64,000 nt of DNA, from IMG/VR virus record IMGVR_UViG_3300042889_001503, positions 62,001 to 126,000 of that record, one strand, 5' to 3'. Below, piece by piece: positions 10,774 to 19,273 of this stretch (the first letter of the stretch is position 1; each line of letters opens with the position of its first letter). Both the position numbers and the translations under genes were made by a program. Under the pieces are notes generated by a model. That model was not told the origin of the DNA, searched no databases, and was given only the letters and a program-made list of their open reading frames with translations.

Positions 10774-13416
10774 ATGCAAGTAATTGAAATCACAAGTTTA
10801 TCCGGACATTCCCCATATAACATATCAATATGTGATATAACAAGAACGTATTGTTATGTTGTTGCGACAGCTGTCTCATCAGTCCCGTTAATTCTAAACA
10901 TACCAACAGAATTATCAGGTTCTCAAGAAGTCTTAGTGATAGTCACAGATAACATTGGTTGTGAAGAAATTCAATATCATTTTTGTGGTGAACCTGCTCC
11001 TAGTCAAACACCAACGACAACACCCACTCCCACACCAACAAATTCCGTTTGTAATTGTATCTCAATTGATAACCCTTTAGGGGTAACATTAAATTTTGGG
11101 TATACTCAATGTGACGGGACATTAATCTATGGTGAGATTTACTCGGCAACCACATTATATGTTTGTGGTCAATTTCCGTATGGTGATAGTGGATTAATAA
11201 TTCAGGTTTCATCTAATATTTGTGTTGGGGATGTTTGCCCCGGACCAACACCTACACCAACCACCACTCCGACACCCACTCCAACATTACCACCGATAGT
11301 TGGTTATTTTGAGGATAGTTGTGATTCATCAAACCAATTTACCTTATCAAACATACCAATATCATTTAGTCCTCTGTCAGGAGCGTATTATATTGAAAGT
11401 AGTGGTTTCATTGGATGTGCCACTTATGTTGTTAGTTCATCTACAAACAATTTCTATTCATTTATTGCGATGGGTTCTCAACCGAGTATTTACCATTGTC
11501 AGAAAGCCAATTTTATCTATCCGTGTCCAACATCAACACCCACACCAACACCTACACCATCAATAACACCATCGGTAACTCCGACTCATACACCTACACC
11601 AACTCCGACTCACACTCCCACACCAACAACACCTGTTAAGTATGTGTTGTTCCAAGTTCAATCTTGTTGTGCTAAAAAGATTATAAAATATATTATGTTA
11701 CCGTCTAACTTTTTACCGGGAACTGCGGTTGTCAATTCATTTGGTGAGTGTTTAGAAATTATTAGTGTATCTAAAATTGTGACTTGGGTAACCGATTTTT
11801 GGGACCACGGAACAACATACATTTTTTGTGAGGTATGTGTTAAATATCAAACTTGTAATCCTGTTATACCACCATCCTTTATCTCTGTTTGGAGAACAAC
11901 AACTATAAACGAATCAATTACATTACCATATGAAACTTCGGGGTTTTATTATGGAACAATTGATTGGGGTGATGGGGAAACCTCTAATAATATTTACGAT
12001 AATAGAACACACACATATGTAACTCCGGGTGATTATATAATAACAATAACAGGGACATTAATTGGGTGGTCGTTTGGTGTTAACCCTATTAGTAGAAATA
12101 AAATTAGAGAAGTTCTACAGTGGGGTTGTTTACGTTTGGGTAATAGTGGTTCGTATTTTTCTAATTGTAATAATTTATCATTATCAAATGTTACCGATGT
12201 TTTAGATTTAACGGGAACAAATAATTTATCTTATACGTTTGAGAATTGTACTAATTTAACAACAGTCCCTTTTATAAATTCTTGGAACACATCAAACGTA
12301 ACAAATATGCAAGGTATGTTTTTTGAGTGTCATAATTTTAATGACGACATATCAGGTTGGGATGTTAGTAATGTTACTGATATGGGAGCAATGTTTGATA
12401 ACACTTATTTATTTAATCAGCCAATTGGTGTTTGGGATGTATCAAATGTTCAATCTATAAGTTATATGTTCTTACAAAATACCGTTTTTAACCAAAATTT
12501 AAGTTCTTGGAATGTTGGTAGTGTTACTAATATGAAAGGAACTTTTAATGGTTGCACATCATTTAATAACGGTGGTTCACCAATGATTAGTGGTTGGACA
12601 ACATATAATGTTACTGATATGGGTGATATGTTCCCTTTAACACCATTTAACCAACCAATTAATTCTTGGGATGTTAGTAGTGTTACTAAAATGGATTATA
12701 TGTTTTATCAATCAACATCATTTAACCAACCATTATCGGGATGGAATGTAAGTAATGTTACAGATATGAATTATATGTTTAGTTTATCCCCATTTAATCA
12801 ATATATTAATTCTTGGGATGTATCAAATGTTACAACTATGGAAGGTATGTTCTTTTTTAACACAATATTCAACCAAAACCTTAATTCTTGGGATGTAAGT
12901 TCAGTAACTAATATGGATTATATGTTTTGGTTTGATTACGCATTTGATGGTAATATAACTAGTTGGGACACTTCTAATGTTACAACAATGAGATTAATGT
13001 TTGCTACGTGTAGTATTTTTAATCAAAATATTAGTGGTTGGAACGTTGGTAATGTAACAAATATGCAACAGATGTTTAACGGAGCAACACAATTCAATCA
13101 ACCTATTGGTTCTTGGAACGTTAGTAATGTGACTAATATGTCAAATATGTTTGGTTCAGTAGGATTTAATCAAAATATTGGTTCTTGGAACGTTACCGGC
13201 GTAACAAACTTTAATGGATTTATGAATGGTAAAACATTTAGTGATTACTCAACAACAAATCTTGACGCAATTTATAATGGATGGAGTTCTTTACCAACAT
13301 TAACCTCTGGAATTAACATTAATTTTGGAACAATTAAATATACTGCCGGTAGTTCAGCCGGTAGAGCAATTCTAACCGGAACGTATGGTTGGACAATTAT
13401 TGATGGTGGAATATAA
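10774..13416 (+). CDS. BspA/DUF285-repeat surface protein with Cys-rich modules, Pro/Thr linkers and a PKD-like domain
   Basis: 880 aa. More than 10 repeats of FNQ.I..W(D/N)VS.VT.M..MF, plus GTIDWGDG and PT tracts. Confidence 0.8.
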   Translation: MQVIEITSLSGHSPYNISICDITRTYCYVVATAVSSVPLILNIPTELSGSQEVLVIVTDNIGCEEIQYHFCGEPAPSQTPTTTPTPTPTNSVCNCISIDNPLGVTLNFGYTQCDGTLIYGEIYSATTLYVCGQFPYGDSGLIIQVSSNICVGDVCPGPTPTPTTTPTPTPTLPPIVGYFEDSCDSSNQFTLSNIPISFSPLSGAYYIESSGFIGCATYVVSSSTNNFYSFIAMGSQPSIYHCQKANFIYPCPTSTPTPTPTPSITPSVTPTHTPTPTPTHTPTPTTPVKYVLFQVQSCCAKKIIKYIMLPSNFLPGTAVVNSFGECLEIISVSKIVTWVTDFWDHGTTYIFCEVCVKYQTCNPVIPPSFISVWRTTTINESITLPYETSGFYYGTIDWGDGETSNNIYDNRTHTYVTPGDYIITITGTLIGWSFGVNPISRNKIREVLQWGCLRLGNSGSYFSNCNNLSLSNVTDVLDLTGTNNLSYTFENCTNLTTVPFINSWNTSNVTNMQGMFFECHNFNDDISGWDVSNVTDMGAMFDNTYLFNQPIGVWDVSNVQSISYMFLQNTVFNQNLSSWNVGSVTNMKGTFNGCTSFNNGGSPMISGWTTYNVTDMGDMFPLTPFNQPINSWDVSSVTKMDYMFYQSTSFNQPLSGWNVSNVTDMNYMFSLSPFNQYINSWDVSNVTTMEGMFFFNTIFNQNLNSWDVSSVTNMDYMFWFDYAFDGNITSWDTSNVTTMRLMFATCSIFNQNISGWNVGNVTNMQQMFNGATQFNQPIGSWNVSNVTNMSNMFGSVGFNQNIGSWNVTGVTNFNGFMNGKTFSDYSTTNLDAIYNGWSSLPTLTSGININFGTIKYTAGSSAGRAILTGTYGWTIIDGGI

Positions 13417-13469
13417 TTTCTATTTATCTTTTTATAAAAAATATTATTTTTACAATAAAAAGATATTAA

Positions 13470-14717
13470 ATGAAGATATTTGTCCAAATTGCGTCCTATC
13501 GTGACCCCCAACTTATCCCAACAATTAAATCAATGTTGGAGAATGCAAAGAAACCTAAAAATTTAGTAATCGGTATTTGTCGTCAATATCATCCGGAAGA
13601 TGGTTTTGATAATTTATCAGAATTCAAAGGTGATAAACGTTTTAGAGTTATTGATGTTCTATACACCGAATCCAAAGGGGTTTGTTGGGCAAGAAACCAA
13701 GTTCAACAACTATATAAAGGTGAAGAATATACCTTACAAATCGATTCTCATATGAGATTTGAAAAAGATTGGGACGACACCCTAATCAAAATGGTTAAAC
13801 AACTTCAAAAGAAAGGATTTAAGAAACCTTTACTAACAGGTTATGTTTCTTCATTCGACCCGGACAATGACCCGGCAAGTAGAGTTAAAGAACCTTGGAG
13901 AATGGCTTTTGATAGATTTATACCGGAAGGTGCCGTCTTCTTTTTACCTGAAACAATTCCGGGGTGGGAAAATCTTAAAGAACCCGTTACCTCAAGATTT
14001 TACTCCGCCCATATGGCATTTACATTGGGACAATTTAGTGTCGAGGTTCAACACGACCCTGAATTCTATTTCCACGGAGAAGAAATCTCAATCGCTGTTA
14101 GAGCATTTACACACGGATACGATTTATTTCACCCACACAAAACTGTTATTTGGCACGAATATACTCGTAAGGGTAGAACCAAACAATGGGATGATGATAA
14201 AGAGTGGGGTAAGAAAAATGAATTATCTCATAAAAAGAATCGTCAACTATTTGGTATGGACGGTGAAGACGTTACAATGGACTTTAGTTTTTACGGGTTC
14301 GGAACTGAAAGAACTTTAAAAGATTATGAAATTTATTCAGGTCTTAAATTTTCAAATAGAGCTGTTCAACAATATACTTTAGATAAAAATTACGCACCTA
14401 ATCCTCAAATATTTGAAACTGAGGAAGAATGGTTGGCAAGTTACGCTAGTATCTTTAAACATTGTATCGACATTGGATTTTCTCAAGTTCCTGAAAAAGA
14501 TTACGAATTTTGGGTTGTTGCTTTCCACGATGAAAAAGATGAAACACTTTTTAGAAAAGATGCTGATATCAATGAGATTAATAATATGATGAGAGACCCT
14601 GATGGGTATTGTAAAGTTTGGAGAGATTTCCAAACTGTTCATAAACCAAAATACTGGGTTGTTTGGCCGTTTAGTAAGTCAAAAGGTTGGTGTGAAAGAA
14701 TAACAGGTAATTTGTAA
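13470..14717 (+). CDS. GT60-like (Pfam GlcNAc family) polypeptide N-acetylglucosaminyltransferase with an extra C-terminal domain
   Basis: IFVQIASYRDPQL, ESKGVCWAR..VQQLYKGEEY.LQIDSHMRF..DWD, FHGEEI..AVRAFTHGYDLFHP and WHEY match the Gnt1/Skp1-GlcNAc-transferase family signature. Confidence 0.85.
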   Translation: MKIFVQIASYRDPQLIPTIKSMLENAKKPKNLVIGICRQYHPEDGFDNLSEFKGDKRFRVIDVLYTESKGVCWARNQVQQLYKGEEYTLQIDSHMRFEKDWDDTLIKMVKQLQKKGFKKPLLTGYVSSFDPDNDPASRVKEPWRMAFDRFIPEGAVFFLPETIPGWENLKEPVTSRFYSAHMAFTLGQFSVEVQHDPEFYFHGEEISIAVRAFTHGYDLFHPHKTVIWHEYTRKGRTKQWDDDKEWGKKNELSHKKNRQLFGMDGEDVTMDFSFYGFGTERTLKDYEIYSGLKFSNRAVQQYTLDKNYAPNPQIFETEEEWLASYASIFKHCIDIGFSQVPEKDYEFWVVAFHDEKDETLFRKDADINEINNMMRDPDGYCKVWRDFQTVHKPKYWVVWPFSKSKGWCERITGNL

Positions 14718-14721
14718 AAAT

Positions 14722-15429
14722 ATGGAATATGCGATAGCAACATTTTGTTATGGTGATAGATATTATGCCCAAACAAATAGAATGATAGAATCATTTAAAG
14801 AATTTGAAGATAAACCAAATATTTTCATAGTTACAGATAATCCGGAATCAATTACTAAAGAAGATTATGTATTTGTTTCACATATTAAGGAATATAATGA
14901 AAAATATGTGACATATAATACGAATTATTATGATTTTGATTTTTCAGTTAAAAGATTCTCAGTAAAATTTGCGTTAGATAGTGGATTTACTAAAGTAATT
15001 TTAACAGATACGGATGTTATACCAAACAAATCATTATTCACAAAAAAAAATGTGTTAGAGTGTTTTATACCTAATAGTGTTGCCGGTCAAGTAACCTATC
15101 TTTTTGAAAAAGAGGTTGAGACAAATAGTATGTTAGGAAGACGATACTTACATTATGAAAATAAATTTGACGTTCAATATAATAAAGTGGATATGTGGAT
15201 GCCGGAAGACTGCATTCAATTTTTAGATATTGATAAAGATAAATTTTATTCATTTTTAAAAACTTGGGATGAATGTATTGAGATTAAATATGTTGACAAT
15301 TTATATAATATACCTGCGGGTAATATAGATGAAATGTGTTTCTCAGCATTACATAACGGTGTTGACTTAAAAAACAATTCTAGCAAACACATAAACTTAT
15401 TAATCCCCAATCACGACAAATGGTATTAA
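14722..15429 (+). CDS. Putative GT-A fold glycosyltransferase
   Basis: IATFCYG..Y, IFIVTD, VKRF, VILTDTD (DxD) and late GNIDE motif. Lies within the GT operon. Confidence 0.6.
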   Translation: MEYAIATFCYGDRYYAQTNRMIESFKEFEDKPNIFIVTDNPESITKEDYVFVSHIKEYNEKYVTYNTNYYDFDFSVKRFSVKFALDSGFTKVILTDTDVIPNKSLFTKKNVLECFIPNSVAGQVTYLFEKEVETNSMLGRRYLHYENKFDVQYNKVDMWMPEDCIQFLDIDKDKFYSFLKTWDECIEIKYVDNLYNIPAGNIDEMCFSALHNGVDLKNNSSKHINLLIPNHDKWY

Positions 15430-16265
15430 AAATTATTACATCAGTTTATGAATTAAACTATGAAGATTCCAGAGGTGGTATGGTATATAAATCATATCCA
15501 TTATTAACCCAAACATTACGTAGTATAATTTTTGAAGGTTTTGAATATGTTATTTACACTAATCAATACACTTACGACAAATATCATTTAGGTGAACAAT
15601 TTAACCAACCAAATGTAACCATAAAGTTTCACGAATTAAATTCTGAAAATTACCTAAACAACATAAACCCAATTAGATTAGTTAAATTTGCCGAAGGGGA
15701 AATTTACGATAGAATTTATTGTGTTAAAAATTATGTAGAAGTTATTTTTAATAAGTTACAATTTTTACTCGATGAGTGTGAAGATAATAAAAATGTTGTG
15801 TGGATTGATTCCGGACTTTTTGGAACTAGTTGTCACGATAGATGGAGAGATTACATTAATGTTTTTGCCCATTCAGAATTATTTTTAAATAAAATAAATG
15901 AAAAAATATCTGAGAATGGTTTTATTTGTTTAAGAGGAGAATCAATTCAGGTTAATTACGAATTAAAAGCAGTTCTTGTTAATATGTTTAACACAGACTT
16001 TAAGTTAGTTCCCGGAGGTATGTTTGGAGGGACAAGTGAGTCTATTCAAAAAGTTTTATCTAATTACTTATCGATTTTTGAAACATATTACACAACAACA
16101 GGTAAATTAATTAGTGAACAAGAGGTTTTATCTATATTAACTCACACAAATGACGTTAAATTTTTTAATTTTGGTGATTGGTTAGATTTACAAAGAGGGA
16201 TATTGGACCTTATGGATTTATTGGATGTCGACAAATATAAAATTGATGAGAAATATGATGTCTAA
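15420..16265 (+). CDS. Divergent HtrL/YibB (WlaTC)-like glycosyltransferase
   Basis: VVWIDSG, GGMFGG and SEQEVL motifs parallel FWIDAG, AGFFGG and TEESLF in the 16821 ORF. Confidence 0.6.
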   Translation: MVLKIITSVYELNYEDSRGGMVYKSYPLLTQTLRSIIFEGFEYVIYTNQYTYDKYHLGEQFNQPNVTIKFHELNSENYLNNINPIRLVKFAEGEIYDRIYCVKNYVEVIFNKLQFLLDECEDNKNVVWIDSGLFGTSCHDRWRDYINVFAHSELFLNKINEKISENGFICLRGESIQVNYELKAVLVNMFNTDFKLVPGGMFGGTSESIQKVLSNYLSIFETYYTTTGKLISEQEVLSILTHTNDVKFFNFGDWLDLQRGILDLMDLLDVDKYKIDEKYDV

Positions 16266-16824
16266 CTATTCTTTTAACATTGTTTGCACAACTATTGGAA
16301 GAGAATCATTACCAAGATTGATTGATAGTTTTAAAAATCAGTTAACCCAAAACGATTCTTTTACCATAATATCCGATACAAATCACGAGTTTGTTCAAAA
16401 TGTTTTATCTAATTATGATGTTAATTTTAAATTAAATCACATTATAAATGATGGGGATAGATTAGGTAAGTTTGGACACCCTTTATTAAACAAACACATT
16501 AATAACCTTGACGGTGATTTTATTATGTTTGCGGACGACGATGATTATTATGTTGATGATGCCTTTGAGTATATAAGGGAAGTCGTTACAGAAAAAAAAC
16601 TATACATTTTTAAACATAAATGGGGAGGAACAATTAATTGGACGACAAAAGAAGTAACACTAGGGAATATTGGTAAATGTATGGGTGTCATTCCTAATAC
16701 TAAAAATTTACCAATGTTTCAAGAAGACGTATTCGGGGATGGGTTATTTTACGAAGACTTATCCAAAATTATGGAATATGAATTTGTTGATAAAATAATA
16801 TATAAAATTAGAGATACAATATGA
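16255..16824 (+). CDS. GT2-like glycosyltransferase
   Basis: IVCTTIGRESLPRLIDS, IISD and FIMFADDDDYY. ATG at 16255/16258 overlaps the upstream stop and is a likelier start than 16225. Confidence 0.7.
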   Translation: MMSNYSFNIVCTTIGRESLPRLIDSFKNQLTQNDSFTIISDTNHEFVQNVLSNYDVNFKLNHIINDGDRLGKFGHPLLNKHINNLDGDFIMFADDDDYYVDDAFEYIREVVTEKKLYIFKHKWGGTINWTTKEVTLGNIGKCMGVIPNTKNLPMFQEDVFGDGLFYEDLSKIMEYEFVDKIIYKIRDTI

Positions 16825-18494
16825 GTAAAGTAACATTAGTGACAGGATTATGGGATATAGGTAGAGGAGACCTTCAAGAGGGTTGGTCTCGTTCATTCCA
16901 ACATTATTTAGATAAATTTCAACAACTATTACAAGTTGATGTGAATATGATTATTTTTGGTGACGAAGAGTTAGAGAAATTTGTGTCAAACAATAGACGA
17001 AGTGAAAACACACAATTTGTTCGTAGAAGTTTGTCTTGGTTTAAAGACAACGATTTTTTTGATAAAATACAAAATATAAGAACAAATCCGGATTGGTATA
17101 ATCAAGTCGGATGGTTAACCGATTCAACTCAAGCTAAATTAGAGATGTATAACCCGTTGGTTATGTCAAAAATTTATCTCCTACACGATGCTAAAATTTT
17201 AGATAGGTTTAATTCAGAATATATGTTTTGGATTGACGCTGGGTTAACAAATACAATTCACCCGGGATATTTTACACACGATAAGGTTTTAGATAAATTA
17301 CCTCAATTAGTTAAAAATTTTCATTTTGTTTGTTTCCCTTATGAAACTAATTCTGAAATCCACGGATTTAAATATCCTGAATTATGTGAATTAGCCGGAG
17401 AACCAGTTAAAATGGTTGCTCGAGCAGGTTTCTTCGGAGGAAGAAAAGATGTTATATCAGATATTAACGGTATCTATTACGGGTTAATGAATGATACATT
17501 ATCACAAGGGTTAATGGGAACTGAAGAATCGTTATTTACAATTATGACATACAAATACCCTGAGTTGATTAGTTATTCAGAAATAGAAGATAATGGATTA
17601 ATGGGTAAATTTTTTGAGGACTTAAAAAATAACACGACTCAAGTTAAAGAAAGTGTTTTACCAATTAAACCGAATAGTTTAGACACATCCAAAGTTGGAT
17701 TGTATGTTATAGCATTTAACTCACCTAAACAATTTGAGGTATTAATCCAATCTATGTTAGATTATGATTCTGACTTTATTGATAAACCAAAAAAATTCTT
17801 ATTAGATAACTCAACCGATTTATCAACAACACCAAGATATCTTGAACTATGTGAACAATATGGTTTTGAACATATTAAAAAAGACAACATTGGTATTGTC
17901 GGGGGGAGAGTGTTTGTTGCTGAACATTTTGATGAAACTGATTTAGATTGTTATTGGTGGTTTGAAGACGATATGGCTTTTTATCCAAAAAAAGGTGAGG
18001 TATGTAGAAATGGGTTCCCTCGTTTTGTTGATAAATTATATCAAAAATCAGTAGAGATTGTTAAAAAAGAAAATTTTGATTTTCTTAAATTAAATTTTAG
18101 TGAATTTTTTGGTGATAATAGTGTTCAATGGAGTTGGTATAATGTCCCTCAAGATTTTAGACAATCTCATTGGCCGAATAACCCTAAATTACCGGTTCAA
18201 GGACTAGACCCTAATTCACCTAAAACACAATTTAAGGAGATAAGGACATATAAAGGGTTATCATATGCGACAGGGGAAGTTTATTTATGTAATTGGCCGA
18301 TAATATTAACAAGAGAAGGTAACTATAAGTGTTATTTAGAAACAAAATGGGCTCACCCATTTGAACAGACGTTAATGTCTTATTGTTATCAAGAAACTGT
18401 TAAAGGAAAAATTAATCCGGGATTATTGTTATTAACACCAACGGAACACGATAGATTTGAACATTATGACGGTTCATTAAGAAAAGAAAGTTAA
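16821..18494 (+). CDS. Two-domain glycosyltransferase: HtrL/YibB-like N-terminal domain plus GT-A C-terminal domain
   Basis: TLVTGLWDIGR, RSFQHYL..F..LL, MSK..LL and FWIDAG in the first domain. LYVIAFNSP, LLDNS and WWFEDD in the second. Confidence 0.75.
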   Translation: MSKVTLVTGLWDIGRGDLQEGWSRSFQHYLDKFQQLLQVDVNMIIFGDEELEKFVSNNRRSENTQFVRRSLSWFKDNDFFDKIQNIRTNPDWYNQVGWLTDSTQAKLEMYNPLVMSKIYLLHDAKILDRFNSEYMFWIDAGLTNTIHPGYFTHDKVLDKLPQLVKNFHFVCFPYETNSEIHGFKYPELCELAGEPVKMVARAGFFGGRKDVISDINGIYYGLMNDTLSQGLMGTEESLFTIMTYKYPELISYSEIEDNGLMGKFFEDLKNNTTQVKESVLPIKPNSLDTSKVGLYVIAFNSPKQFEVLIQSMLDYDSDFIDKPKKFLLDNSTDLSTTPRYLELCEQYGFEHIKKDNIGIVGGRVFVAEHFDETDLDCYWWFEDDMAFYPKKGEVCRNGFPRFVDKLYQKSVEIVKKENFDFLKLNFSEFFGDNSVQWSWYNVPQDFRQSHWPNNPKLPVQGLDPNSPKTQFKEIRTYKGLSYATGEVYLCNWPIILTREGNYKCYLETKWAHPFEQTLMSYCYQETVKGKINPGLLLLTPTEHDRFEHYDGSLRKES

Positions 18495-18530
18495 TTCTAT
18501 ATTTTGAAGTATTTATAAATAAAAACTTTA

Positions 18531-19217
18531 ATGGAATTTTTTATAAAGAAAAACGCAACCTTACCTCTTCTTAAACTTCAAGTAGTAAAAGATGGTAGAA
18601 GTGATTACAATAATTTTATGGAATTATTGGAATCCTCAACCATATTCTTTTCTATGGTTAATTCTGAGACAGGTATTCCAAAAATAACTTCAAGACCAGC
18701 GGGGTTTGTTGAAAAAATATTTGACGACCCCAATGCAGAACCTGAATATTATATTTACTATCAATTTACCAAACAAGACACGAGTGTTGAGGGTAGAAAT
18801 GAAGGACAATTTTTAATAAAGACATCTGACGGTAATATAATATTACCAATTAGGGAAAAACTAAACATATATATTCAAGAGTCATTTATTGCTGACGATT
18901 TAGAATATGATACTTGCTACACATCAGTTTATCCTTGTTGTGTATCACATTCTGTTATACCACAACCACCATCACTTGTATATTTTAATTATGAATTAAT
19001 TAAAGACAAAGATTTTATTTATAAAACAATCCCTAATAATAATTTAGATGACGATGTTATACCAAATAACGATATTATAACGAGTAATATTCCTGACAAT
19101 AATTTAGGTGATGACATCATACCAAATAACAATATTATAACAAATAGTATTCCTGATAATAATTTAGGTGATGATATAATCCCAAATAATGATATTATAT
19201 CAAACATTTTACTTTAA
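18531..19217 (+). CDS. Putative structural protein (BppU-like N-terminal beta domain) with an Asn/Asp/Ile repeat tail
   Basis: FFIKKNATLPLLKLQV...YYQF...DT..EG..EGQF.I...G.IILP pattern followed by three 20-aa repeats. Confidence 0.5.
   Translation: MEFFIKKNATLPLLKLQVVKDGRSDYNNFMELLESSTIFFSMVNSETGIPKITSRPAGFVEKIFDDPNAEPEYYIYYQFTKQDTSVEGRNEGQFLIKTSDGNIILPIREKLNIYIQESFIADDLEYDTCYTSVYPCCVSHSVIPQPPSLVYFNYELIKDKDFIYKTIPNNNLDDDVIPNNDIITSNIPDNNLGDDIIPNNNIITNSIPDNNLGDDIIPNNDIISNILL
19029..19208 (+). repeat. 60-bp tandem repeat x3 (IPDNNLGDDIIPNNNIITSN-like)
   Basis: Units start at 19029, 19089 and 19149, each with an internal 30-bp periodicity (IPxNN). Confidence 0.9.
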
Positions 19218-19273
19218 CTTTTTTAAAGTGTTTGATATTTATAAATAAATAAAAAAAAACAAAAAAAATAATT

